Part shown: positions 10,209 to 19,695 of the stretch, piece by piece
Numbering within the stretch: position 1 is the stretch's first letter
Layout: each line of letters begins with the position of its first letter
Origin: an uncultured cyanobacterium
Lineage (GTDB): Bacteria; Cyanobacteriota; Cyanobacteriia; PCC-9006; JAAUQQ01
Direction: 5' to 3'
Assembly: GCA_963718615.1 (NCBI GenBank)
Contig: OY970368.1
Coordinates: 1,440,001 to 1,504,000, forward strand
DNA length: 64,000 nucleotides
Program-made: the position numbers and the translations under genes
Notes under the pieces: generated by a model
Databases searched by the model: none
What the model was told of the DNA's origin: nothing
Seen by the model: only the letters and a program-made list of their open reading frames with translations

Positions 10209-11977
10209 AGCTGGGGACCCGCCCGGCTGACGGCTTTACAGACTCGGCCTTCAAACCGTTCAAAGAAGGCCCGAAACTGCCTTGCAAGCTGCATCGCACC
10301 CAGGGCAGCACCTGGAGCCTGGACTTCGGAGGCTGCCAATAGTGGGGTTAGTGGGGTTGGGACGAGGAACTGAAAAACAGGATGGAGCGTTTCTCCCCCG
10401 CCCGCCCCTGCCAGGAGGGCTTGAAGCTCCTGAAGCCCCTCTTGTTGCCGGGATTGGGGCTCACCGGAGGCCGAGATGGAGTGTGAATGAAGCTGGAGTT
10501 TGCTGGTATTGACTAACCAACAGTCAGGCCCTGGATTATAGCGACGTAGGCGATCGCCCAAAATCGCAGTCCGAACAATGGCATCCTCCACCGAGAGCGA
10601 GGGATCAAAACAGGGTACAAACCGCAGGGGATGACGGATACTGCTGGCCGATTGCCGTCGCTCCCCGCAGCCATAGCCGCAGAGAAAATAAAACAGTAGT
10701 TGTTCCGGCGTCAGCCGCGCGATGGGCGGCAATACCCCCAAAACATCCTGGACCAAGAGGAGAATCACCTGGGGAATGGTGCATGATGCTCGGGGATGAT
10801 CAATCCCGCTCGGACTCAGCCCATAGGCAGCACGGGGCAACTTGGCCCAGCGGCGATCGCCATAGTGGGGCAAACCGGAGCGCGGGTCTAACACCACATT
10901 TTCTAATAAGGCCCCAAAGCGGATCGCGGTCGTCCAGGGCGGAACAAGCGAGGCGAGGGGACTGGAAGGGGGCGCGGGGGCCAGCGGGGCGATCGCCCGA
11001 TAGCTGCCGCTAAGGGCTGGCATCAGTCCCAGGGGAGACCAACTATGGCCACTGGCTCCACTGGTGGGATAGCCCAGGGCATCTGCGAGGAGATCCCGTT
11101 GGGGTTCATCTCCCAGGAAAAGGACGGGTCTGGGCGGGGGTGGGGCAATGGGCGGATGGGAGGAGCCATGGACAAACGCCAGGGTACTGGGGAGGAGGAG
11201 CATGCGCTGGTGGGCGAGGCAATGACCCAGCAGTCGCAGCAGGGCCTCGACGATTTCTCCGCCATGGCGAGAGCCGCCAATCAGCGCCAGGTTGCGCTGG
11301 GGATGCAGGGCCACAAAGACTTCGCTCCGCAGTTCGGGATTGAGACTGGGCTCCCCCTTAAAACCGGGCAAAACGATCAGGGTAATTTGGGGGACAAAGC
11401 CCTCTGGAGAGGCGATCGCTAGCTCCGTCGGAATAGCATTGGCCCGTTCATCTGGCTCCAGCAAATGCCGTGCGAGGAGACTATGGGAGGCCAGCTCGGT
11501 AACCATGCGCACAGGAATACGCACTGATCCCCCGGCATAGCCATCCGTAAAGTAAAGCCCTTGACCTTGAACATAGGTCTGCACCTCTTGAAATAAGTGT
11601 TCAAAGGTCTGTTCCGAGAGGATCTGGGTCGTGGGACTCGCAGACTGGGTGGAACTGGGCGTTACCACAAAAAAATCCTGGGGCGATCGCTCCGTATGGG
11701 GCACCGTTTTCACACAAAACGCCCCCTGAGCCGAGAGTCCTCCTTCTCCCTGCATCAAGCCATGCTCAATCAGCTCAGGGACCGAAAGGTTGTAATAAAT
11801 CTGAGTCAGATCCCGCAGACCCAACGCCGCTCGAATGGGGTCGAGGGGAATGGGCGTACCTTGATGGGCCGCACGGGCTTGGGCCAGGCGACGGGAAAGG
11901 GCCTCGTAGTCTGCTGCCGACAATTCGGCATCGGAACCCGAACCATCATCGGAGGGTTGTCCTGCTTGAAATCCCAT
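10205..11977 (-). CDS. Divergent ATP-dependent PEP carboxykinase-like protein, catalytic motifs degenerate
   Basis: YYNLSVPELIEHGL, TERSPQD, FGALLENVVLD, RAAY, GVLPPIARLTPEQ, WLVNT match the PckA fold; no GxSGTGKT or GDDEH. Confidence 0.75.
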   Translation of the reverse strand: MGFQAGQPSDDGSGSDAELSAADYEALSRRLAQARAAHQGTPIPLDPIRAALGLRDLTQIYYNLSVPELIEHGLMQGEGGLSAQGAFCVKTVPHTERSPQDFFVVTPSSTQSASPTTQILSEQTFEHLFQEVQTYVQGQGLYFTDGYAGGSVRIPVRMVTELASHSLLARHLLEPDERANAIPTELAIASPEGFVPQITLIVLPGFKGEPSLNPELRSEVFVALHPQRNLALIGGSRHGGEIVEALLRLLGHCLAHQRMLLLPSTLAFVHGSSHPPIAPPPPRPVLFLGDEPQRDLLADALGYPTSGASGHSWSPLGLMPALSGSYRAIAPLAPAPPSSPLASLVPPWTTAIRFGALLENVVLDPRSGLPHYGDRRWAKLPRAAYGLSPSGIDHPRASCTIPQVILLLVQDVLGVLPPIARLTPEQLLFYFLCGYGCGERRQSASSIRHPLRFVPCFDPSLSVEDAIVRTAILGDRLRRYNPGPDCWLVNTSKLQLHSHSISASGEPQSRQQEGLQELQALLAGAGGGETLHPVFQFLVPTPLTPLLAASEVQAPGAALGAMQLARQFRAFFERFEGRVCKAVSRAGPQL

Positions 11978-12215
11978 GGCGAACCTAATGAAGATGAAGC
12001 TCACTCCGGGTAAGGGGGCGGAACGATAACTTCGGAATAGGGACTGTAAAGAAACCAGAAAATTCCTTTGGCCTAGCCTAGCTCTGGATGTCGCTGCTGC
12101 GGGCTTGCTTGAAGATTAACAACTAAAAATGCAGCAAAACTGTACAAATCGTCAGAAAGCAATCGTTCCTGGTATCCTCTGCTGTTTGAGGCTGATCTTT
12201 CCTCCAACGCTGCTT

Positions 12216-14303
12216 ATGGTTGCTCACAACGGTTTGTCTGATGGGGTGACTCCGCCCCTCGCCCCCCGGTTCCCTCAGGTTTTGGAAATCCATGGCGATC
12301 GCCGGGTGGATGATTATTATGGGTTGCGCGATCGCGAAAACCCTGCGGTCATCGACTATCTTCAGGCCGAGAATGCCTATACCGAAGCCCAAATGGCGGT
12401 CACGGCAGAGCTCCAGCAGCAACTCTATGACGAAATGCTGGGTCGGATCCAGGAGACAGACCTCTCGGTCCCCTACCGTCATGGCGACTATTTTTACTAT
12501 GGGCGCACGGAGGCGGGAAAAGCCTACGGCATTCTCTGCCGCAAGCGAGGCAGCCTAGAGGCAGCCGAAGAAATTTTGCTGGACGAAAACCAGTTGGCGG
12601 AAGGTGAGGAATTTTTCGACCTGGGCAACTATGTGGTGAGTCCCAACCACCAGCTCCTGGCCTATTCCACAGATACCGATGGTTCAGAGCATTACAGGCT
12701 GGTCTTCAAGGATTTACAAGCCGGAACCCTATTTCCGGAGCAGATTGCCGATGTGGATAGCGTGGTCTGGGCCCAGGATAACCAAACCCTGTTCTATACC
12801 CGTCTGGATGCCGCCAATCGACCGTTTCAGCTTTGGCGGCATGACCTTGGGACGGATCCCGCCGAGGATGTTCTGGTTTATGAAGAGGCCGACGAGGCGT
12901 TTTATTTGTCGGTGGATGTGACCCGCAGCGATGCCTACATTGTGCTCAGTGCGGAAAGCAAAATTACTACAGAAGTCCGATGTCTAGAGGCCCATCAGCC
13001 CACGGGGGAATTTCAAATTCTCTGTCCCCGCGAACGGGGCATTGAATACAGCGTGGTCCATCATCCCGGTGACCCCGCTGAGGCCAGTAGTAATCGGTTT
13101 TACATCATCACGAACGAGCAGGCGATCAACTTCAAGCTGATGGTGACGCCCGTTCATGCCTTTGAAAAAGCCCATTGGCAGACGGTTATTCCCCATCGGC
13201 CAGATGTGATGCTCAGCGGGGTCTCGGCCTTTGCCAACCACCTGGTGATCTATGAACGGCAGGCAGGACTGCCAACGATTCGGGTACAAACGCTCTCGAC
13301 GGGGACAGACCACAAAATTGACTTTCCCGAACCCACCTATGAGGTCTATGCCGGTTTTATGCCGGAGTTCCAGACCTCAACCCTGCGGTTTACCTACAGC
13401 TCGTTGATTACGCCTGCATCGGTATTTGATTACGACATGGAAACCCAGACGCGGGAGTTGAAAAAAGAAACACCGGTTCTGGGGGGTTACGATCGCACCC
13501 AATACCACAGCGAACGCCTGACCGCCCAAGCCCCTGACGGCACAGCGGTTCCCATTTCCTTGGTCTACCGCAAGGGCCTCGAAAAGAATGGGCAAAATCC
13601 GCTGTTTTTAGTGGGCTATGGTTCCTACGGTTATCCCTATCCGGCGACCTTTTCCTCCAATCGGTTGGCGTTGCTGGATCGGGGGGTGGTTTGTGCGATC
13701 GCCCACATTCGCGGTGGTGGCGAGCTGGGTCGCCAGTGGTATGAGGACGGCAAATTTCTTCACAAGAAAAATACGTTTACGGACTTTATCGCCTGTGCCG
13801 AGTCGCTCATCGCCCAGGGTTGGACCGATCAACGGCATCTGGTTATTTCTGGCGGCAGTGCCGGAGGGCTGTTGATGGGAGCCGTGTTGAATTTGCGGCC
13901 TGATTTGTTTCAGGGGGCGATCGCCGCCGTTCCCTTTGTGGATGTGGTGACCACGATTCTTGACCCGGATCTACCCCTTTCGGTGATGGAATGGGATGAG
14001 TGGGGCAACCCCCATGAACCGGACTACTACGACTATATGAAGTCCTATTCGCCCTACGACAATGTAACAGCCCAGGACTATCCCCATTTGCTGGTCACCG
14101 CCGGACTCAATGATCCCAGAGTCTCCTACTGGGAACCGGCCAAATGGACCGCCAAGCTCCGTACGCTCAAAACGGATCACCATCTACTCCTGCTCAAAAC
14201 CAACATGGATGCAGGTCATGGCGGAGCATCGGGTCGCTACGAACGCCTCAAGGAGCTAGCGTTTGAATATGCTTTTTTGTTGCATTGCCTCAGCCTTGAT
14301 TAG
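12216..14303 (+). CDS. ptrB: Oligopeptidase B (S9A family)
   Basis: HGDRRVDDYY N-terminus, GGSAGG nucleophile motif, DPRV, GHGGASGR; start set at the ATG at 12216. Confidence 0.93.
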   Translation: MVAHNGLSDGVTPPLAPRFPQVLEIHGDRRVDDYYGLRDRENPAVIDYLQAENAYTEAQMAVTAELQQQLYDEMLGRIQETDLSVPYRHGDYFYYGRTEAGKAYGILCRKRGSLEAAEEILLDENQLAEGEEFFDLGNYVVSPNHQLLAYSTDTDGSEHYRLVFKDLQAGTLFPEQIADVDSVVWAQDNQTLFYTRLDAANRPFQLWRHDLGTDPAEDVLVYEEADEAFYLSVDVTRSDAYIVLSAESKITTEVRCLEAHQPTGEFQILCPRERGIEYSVVHHPGDPAEASSNRFYIITNEQAINFKLMVTPVHAFEKAHWQTVIPHRPDVMLSGVSAFANHLVIYERQAGLPTIRVQTLSTGTDHKIDFPEPTYEVYAGFMPEFQTSTLRFTYSSLITPASVFDYDMETQTRELKKETPVLGGYDRTQYHSERLTAQAPDGTAVPISLVYRKGLEKNGQNPLFLVGYGSYGYPYPATFSSNRLALLDRGVVCAIAHIRGGGELGRQWYEDGKFLHKKNTFTDFIACAESLIAQGWTDQRHLVISGGSAGGLLMGAVLNLRPDLFQGAIAAVPFVDVVTTILDPDLPLSVMEWDEWGNPHEPDYYDYMKSYSPYDNVTAQDYPHLLVTAGLNDPRVSYWEPAKWTAKLRTLKTDHHLLLLKTNMDAGHGGASGRYERLKELAFEYAFLLHCLSLD

Positions 14304-14537
14304 CTAAGTTTCGGTGGAGGCTGGTGGAGAAGAGGATTTCCTGGGATGCTCAGCGCTCTTGCCCCGAACCGGCGGAAGCCCTTCCACCAGCCCCATGGCA
14401 AATGCCGTATCGGGCAGATCACCCGCCAAATATCTCCCTGGCTCAAAAACCTTACCCGGCGTAAAACAGTGCTGCTTGAGCTGTACCCATTGCTCCGCTG
14501 CAAACATGCTGCGGTCCATTCGCCGTTCAATGCCCAT
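14304..14537 (-). CDS. Small hypothetical protein (77 aa)
   Basis: ATG start with AAAGG upstream; abuts the ptrB stop convergently; no recognised motif. Confidence 0.45.
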   Translation of the reverse strand: MGIERRMDRSMFAAEQWVQLKQHCFTPGKVFEPGRYLAGDLPDTAFAMGLVEGLPPVRGKSAEHPRKSSSPPASTET

Positions 14538-15273
14538 GGTGGTTACCTTTCAAAGCCATTTCCCTATAGGAACTATTCTAGATCTGCTTGCAAGGTTTGC
14601 GCTGAAACCACAACCGCTTCTTCCATAACTGCTCTTTCCATTCACTTTATTTTTTGTGGCTTATTTTGCGGCAAAACTACTCACGGTCGGTGAGTCCTGG
14701 GCGCTCGGATCCTCGCCAAATAAAACCCCAGAAATTAAAGACGCCATCAATAAACTGGCTAAGAAAAACATCCAGCCGGATTGTCTATTTTGTGATTGAC
14801 CCATGATGCAATACGATTCCCTTCGTTGACAAAATCGAAGCTAACTGCTTAAGCATGGCAGTCTTAAGTTCAACACCTATAGCTTCACTTTGTACCCATT
14901 CAAGACCGGAAAAATACGATTATTTTATCAAGGGTTTTTCATTCAATTTTCAATGGAATAGCCGCCCAGATTTAGAGCAATGAGAATTAAATCTCTGAAT
15001 CAATAACGATTAAGCAACGGTTCAATAAATTACCTTGGAATCGTCAGAACACTACTAAAGACAAGTAAAGACAAGGCAATAAACAAGTATGACTTATCCG
15101 GAAAAGCTCTGAGCTCACGAAGCTCAGGGCTCAACAGGAACACGTAGTGGACAACCGAGTACATTGCACAAAAATACTCGTCGCGGGTGATAATTTATTC
15201 GTAATTTTACGAATCTTCGGCACTCCTAAAATCAGAGAGCGAGAGCTATAAAAAGTTAATCAAGAAGGATCAT

Positions 15274-15299
15274 AAAAAAGATGGGGATATCCCCATCTT
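15274..15299 (-). terminator. Rho-independent terminator of desB
   Basis: Perfect hairpin AAGATGGGG-ATAT-CCCCATCTT followed by a T run on the minus strand, about 40 bp after the desB stop. Confidence 0.8.
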
Positions 15300-15336
15300 G
15301 TGAATCTTTTTTCTGATTTAGCGAAAGAGAACTGAA

Positions 15337-16437
15337 TTATGGACGGAGATTTTGAACCGGTTGATAATAAACCTTAGCCCCATCATTGGCGACAAAGTGG
15401 CAAGTTTTATAGGACTGCCAAAAATCCTGCCAAATTGACGTATTGGATTTTCGGTAAAACTCCCCAAGGACTGGCTTAATCGCTTCCGTTGCTTCCAGGA
15501 GATGATAGTGCGGGATACTGAGGAAAATATGGTGCGCGACGTGGGTGCCGATGTGGTGATGAATCGGGTTAAACCAACCGTAGTCACGATCGATCGTCGA
15601 AAGCGCCCCTTTGAGAAAATACCAGTCTTCCGAGCGATACCAGGGAATATCCTGCTCGGTGTGGTGCAGATAGGTCACCAGGTCCAGCCAAACCACAAAG
15701 ATGACATAGGGGACCAGGTAATACTTGAGCAAAAACAGGAAGCCAAACTTCACCGTCGCGACGGTCAGCAAGGCCACCATCGCCGACCACCAGATCGTGC
15801 TGGTGATTACGTCTTGCTTTTCAGAGGGCTTAAACAGAGGGCTGCTCGGTAAGAAGTGAGAGCCTTGACGACCGGGCGATCGCTTAAATAAATAAATCGG
15901 ATAGGCAAACAGCAACAACGTAAACCGCACCATCTTCTCAGGCCACCCCATGGCGCGATACTGAGCCTCAGAGACGGGATACCAGCTTTCGTCGGTGTCA
16001 ATATTGCCGGTGTTGGCGTGGTGGGTCCGGTGGCTAATCCGCCAGCCGTGGTACGGCACCAAAATAAATGAATGGGTTAAATGACCCACTAAATCATTCA
16101 GCCAGCGGTGCTTGGAGAATGAACCATGGCCGCAGTCGTGGCCAATCACAAACAAAGCCCAGAACATCGTGCCTTGGAGAAACCAGAAAATGGGGAAGAA
16201 CCACCAGGAATCCAGGGTTGCGGCGAGCCCATACAACCCCACCACAATCCCCACATCGAGAACAGCGTAAGCCAGGGAACGAGCCGTGGAAGGCTCAAAA
16301 CAGCGGGCCGGAATCGCTGAGCGTACATCTTGAAGCGTAAACGGGACTTGCTCAGGACGACGACAGGCGCTCTCTGTCATGGGCTCGGTCAGCGGTCCAT
16401 TGAGCGGTTCCGGCGCGGATATCGATTGTGTTTGCAC
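15337..16437 (-). CDS. desB: Omega-3 (delta-15) acyl-lipid desaturase
   Basis: His boxes HDCGH, HRTHH, HVAHH; QGTMFWALFV; DRDYG; GTG start assumed at 16437. Confidence 0.93.
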   Translation of the reverse strand: MQTQSISAPEPLNGPLTEPMTESACRRPEQVPFTLQDVRSAIPARCFEPSTARSLAYAVLDVGIVVGLYGLAATLDSWWFFPIFWFLQGTMFWALFVIGHDCGHGSFSKHRWLNDLVGHLTHSFILVPYHGWRISHRTHHANTGNIDTDESWYPVSEAQYRAMGWPEKMVRFTLLLFAYPIYLFKRSPGRQGSHFLPSSPLFKPSEKQDVITSTIWWSAMVALLTVATVKFGFLFLLKYYLVPYVIFVVWLDLVTYLHHTEQDIPWYRSEDWYFLKGALSTIDRDYGWFNPIHHHIGTHVAHHIFLSIPHYHLLEATEAIKPVLGEFYRKSNTSIWQDFWQSYKTCHFVANDGAKVYYQPVQNLRP

Positions 16438-16555
16438 GAAAACTTCCAAAACGAAATTTCAAATGTAAACAAATTTTAAGATAGTCCGTCTCATCTGGAG
16501 CATCTCTAGCAACAACAAAAACTCCGCCACAATCCGTCGCAAAAGTAAGCGGTCG

Positions 16556-16697
16556 TGCTACCCTGGAAAAGTTGTCAAAAAACCACACACCTGGGATTTC
16601 GGGTGGTTTGAGTGCGTTTCGGGGCTCACTTTTTTGGGTTTCGCGCACCAAGCAGACTGCCTGGGTGGAGGATTAACCCGAAAGGAGACTAAATTCA
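16556..16697 (+). promoter_or_regulatory. rpsB promoter and S2-binding autoregulatory leader (t44-like)
   Basis: Extended -10-like TGcTACCCT; ACACAC at the 5' end; CACCTGGG/CCTGGGTG stem followed by GGAGG; TTTCGGGT complementary to ACCCGAAA (pseudoknot); RBS AAGGAG. Confidence 0.7.
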
Positions 16698-17498
16698 ATG
16701 CCAGTCGTTTCTCTTGCCCAAATGATGGAGGCGGGGGTGCATTTTGGGCACCAAACCCGTCGATGGAACCCCAAGATGGGGAAATACATCTACACCTCCC
16801 GCAACGGCGTTCATATCATTGACCTGGTTCAAACCGCCAAGCTGATCGATAACGCCTACGGCTATATTCGGAACTCTTCCGAACAGGGCAAGCGTTTTCT
16901 GTTTGTCGGCACCAAGCGTCAGGCCGCAGGAATTATTGCCCAAGAAGCCTCTCGCTGTGGCGCTTACTTCGTCAATCAGCGGTGGTTGGGTGGCATGCTC
17001 ACCAACTGGGCGACGATCAAAAGTCGGGTGGATCGCCTTAAGGACCTAGAGCGGATGGAAGAGAGTGGCGCGATCGCCCTCCGTCCCAAGAAAGAAGCGG
17101 CTGTCCTGCGTCGCGAACTAGAGCGTCTGCGCAAATATCTGGGTGGCATCAAAAACATGCGCCGTCTCCCCGATGCGGTCGTCATCATTGACCAAAAGCG
17201 CGAATACAACGCCATTTTGGAATGTCAAAAGCTAGGAATTCCCATCATCTCGCTGTTGGATACCAACTGTGATCCTGATTTGGCTGATATTCCTATCCCC
17301 GCCAACGACGATGCGATTCGTTCGATCAAATTGATCATTGGTAAACTGGCCGACGCGATCTATGAAGGTCGTCATGGTGAACTGGATAGCGATGACTTTG
17401 TCGATGACTATGCCGGTGCCGAAGAAGATTACGACTACGACGTGGATCCAGAGGAAGAAGTCGCTGTTGAGGGTGACGGCGAAGAGTCTGCCGAATAG
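16698..17498 (+). CDS. rpsB: 30S ribosomal protein S2
   Basis: [19 protein letters not shown]; RWLGGMLTN; [10 protein letters not shown]. Confidence 0.99.
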   Translation: MPVVSLAQMMEAGVHFGHQTRRWNPKMGKYIYTSRNGVHIIDLVQTAKLIDNAYGYIRNSSEQGKRFLFVGTKRQAAGIIAQEASRCGAYFVNQRWLGGMLTNWATIKSRVDRLKDLERMEESGAIALRPKKEAAVLRRELERLRKYLGGIKNMRRLPDAVVIIDQKREYNAILECQKLGIPIISLLDTNCDPDLADIPIPANDDAIRSIKLIIGKLADAIYEGRHGELDSDDFVDDYAGAEEDYDYDVDPEEEVAVEGDGEESAE

Positions 17499-17586
17499 GT
17501 CAGATTAGAGCCGTTGAGGTGATCTGCAAACCCGCTTGTATCGATCGCAAAAATCGCAAAATTAATCCAAGGGAGGATCAAAAACC

Positions 17587-18243
17587 ATGGCAGAAATTAG
17601 CGCAAAGCTTGTCAAGGAACTGCGCGATAAGTCCGGTGCAGGCATGATGGATTGCAAAAAGGCGCTGAAAGAAAGCAATGGCGAAGTGGAAAAGGCCATG
17701 GAATGGCTGCGCCAGAAAGGCATTGCCTCTGCCGATAAAAAGAGTGGTCGGACGGCGGCGGAAGGTCTGGTCGGAAGTTATATCCACACAGGCGGTCGCG
17801 TCGGCGTCTTGGTTGAAGTGAACTGCGAGACCGATTTCGTTGCCCGTGGCGACAAGTTCCAGGAACTCGTGCGCAACATCGCCATGCAAGTGGCAGCTTG
17901 CCCCAACGTGGAATTCGTCAGCACGGCGGATGTTCCCAGCGACCTGATCGAGAAGGAAAAAGAAATCGAGATGGGTCGTGAGGATCTGGCTAGCAAGCCT
18001 GAAAAAATGCGCGAGAAAATCGTCATGGGACGGATTGAAAAGCGCCGGAAGGAGTTGAGCCTGATGGATCAGCCCTATATCCGCGACCAAAGCATTACCG
18101 TTGAGGAACTGGTCAAGCAAAGCATTGCGGAATTGGGTGAAAACATCCAGATTCGGCGCTTTGTCCGGTTTGTCCTCGGTGAGGGCATCGAGAAGGAGGA
18201 AAGTGACTTCGCGGCAGAAGTGGCCGCTGCTGCTGGCAATTAA
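17587..18243 (+). CDS. tsf: Elongation factor Ts (short cyanobacterial form)
   Basis: [20 protein letters not shown]; [11 protein letters not shown]; follows rpsB. Confidence 0.99.
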   Translation: MAEISAKLVKELRDKSGAGMMDCKKALKESNGEVEKAMEWLRQKGIASADKKSGRTAAEGLVGSYIHTGGRVGVLVEVNCETDFVARGDKFQELVRNIAMQVAACPNVEFVSTADVPSDLIEKEKEIEMGREDLASKPEKMREKIVMGRIEKRRKELSLMDQPYIRDQSITVEELVKQSIAELGENIQIRRFVRFVLGEGIEKEESDFAAEVAAAAGN

Positions 18244-18299
18244 GTCCTGTTCAAACAGCCTTCGAAATTCAGGTTGATTTCGATCAACTGTCAGGCTGG

Positions 18300-18335
18300 G
18301 CATTCTCAGGGATTTCCTGGGAATGCTTTATTTTT
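18300..18335 (+). terminator. Rho-independent terminator of rpsB-tsf
   Basis: GCATTCTCAGG...CCTGGGAATGC hairpin followed by TTTATTTTT. Confidence 0.75.
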
Positions 18336-18399
18336 AGAGAGAAAGCTGCACTCATTCAGGGTTGGCAAGCAGGATAGTCTGAAATGGTGAATAAGCATT

Positions 18400-19620
18400 A
18401 TGGCGCGATCTGTTGGGCAAATTAATCAAGATTTGGCTCGTCTGGAGGAGCAATCCCAGGTGCTGGGTCAGCAGTTAACGCAGCTCTATGATCGCTATCT
18501 GGAAGAACTCAGTCAGGTCGCCTATCAGCAGCTCATTTCTGTGTGCTATCACCTCTGCACCCAAAGCTATCCGGATGCGTTTCTGCGATTGTCCTATCGT
18601 CAGCGCGAACAACTGCAGCGTCACATTCGAGAGGCGGCCCAGCAGCTGCAACATCGTCTGCACCGGTCTCGATTGCTAGAGACGCAACCCTCCCAGGATG
18701 ATGCCTTGCAGATGCTCGAAGCTACGCTGTTAGGAGAGTTGTCAAGCGGTCTTAGAACTACGGAACCGCCAGAACCTTCAGAACCTTCAGAACCTTCAGA
18801 ACCTTCAGAATTAGATCCAGCGGATCCAGCCTCCGAAGCCGACCTTTTGACCGAACCTGCAACCGGGTCTGCAACTCAACCTACAACCGAGTCTGCAACC
18901 TATTTTTCTTCCCCGGCAGCGACCGATGAGACACTGCCTCAATCCCCGTTTGCTGATTTTGGGGCTGAGCTGGGGAGTCCTGTGGATTTGCGATCGCCCG
19001 GAGTCCTAGCCAGCGCCCTGGCAGCGGAAATCGGCGGGATAAACCATGGAAGCCCTCGCTCCTCCCACAGCGATCCTGGAGAAGCATCGTCGCCGGACAG
19101 CCCCGAGCCAGAATCGGATACGCCGGAAAGTTTGTTGGCGTGGCAGCAGCGGCTAGAGCGTTGTATTTCCCAATCCCTGCGCCAAAGTTCTCAGGCTATG
19201 ACGCGGTTGCTGGAGAAAGCTTCGGTGCTCAATAATCAACTCCCCGAAGGTTTGCTTGCAGCCTCTCCCCACCAAGACTTAGAAGACGATGAAGAGGAGG
19301 ATACAGAGGAGTCGGAGGCACGGCATCCCCCCCAGCGTCCGCAACCGTCTGGTCAAAATTCCCCCCATATTCTGAGTTTGATGCTTGAACCAGCAGGGGG
19401 CGATCGCCGCGATAAGAGTACTCAAATTCAAATTGTGGCGATCTATCTACGGCTCTCGGAAATTGAGTTTTCAACCCCGGTGGTGATGGGCTGGCGCAAC
19501 CAGATTCGCGCGCAGCTTCAGCAGGTGCGGGAACTCAATCAGCGCTACCAGCTAAAACTCCGAGAGCGGGCGATCGCGGAAGCGGAAGCGGCTTGGCGCA
19601 GCAGTTGGTTTAATGGCTAA
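18400..19620 (+). CDS. Cyanobacterial hypothetical protein (helical, between tsf and recG)
   Basis: Long ORF with motifs HLCTQSYPDAFL, LRLSEIEF, AEAEAAWRSSW; contains a 9-bp PSE tandem repeat. Confidence 0.8.
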   Translation: MARSVGQINQDLARLEEQSQVLGQQLTQLYDRYLEELSQVAYQQLISVCYHLCTQSYPDAFLRLSYRQREQLQRHIREAAQQLQHRLHRSRLLETQPSQDDALQMLEATLLGELSSGLRTTEPPEPSEPSEPSEPSELDPADPASEADLLTEPATGSATQPTTESATYFSSPAATDETLPQSPFADFGAELGSPVDLRSPGVLASALAAEIGGINHGSPRSSHSDPGEASSPDSPEPESDTPESLLAWQQRLERCISQSLRQSSQAMTRLLEKASVLNNQLPEGLLAASPHQDLEDDEEEDTEESEARHPPQRPQPSGQNSPHILSLMLEPAGGDRRDKSTQIQIVAIYLRLSEIEFSTPVVMGWRNQIRAQLQQVRELNQRYQLKLRERAIAEAEAAWRSSWFNG

Positions 19621-19695
19621 CGGGGTCGGTTTCATCTCTACAATGGGAATTGGCACTAGAGCGTTGGTGCTGGTTTTCGTGCGATCGCCCTGCCC

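Noticed and set aside
17578-18303. 241-aa antisense ORF over tsf, and similar shadow ORFs such as 43392-44225 and 32546-33436
   Set aside because: They overlap clearly recognised genes and have no motifs.
18770-18810. Short in-frame tandem repeats (PSE repeat here; 12-mers near 53104 and 53528)
   Set aside because: Ordinary slippage repeats in low-complexity regions.
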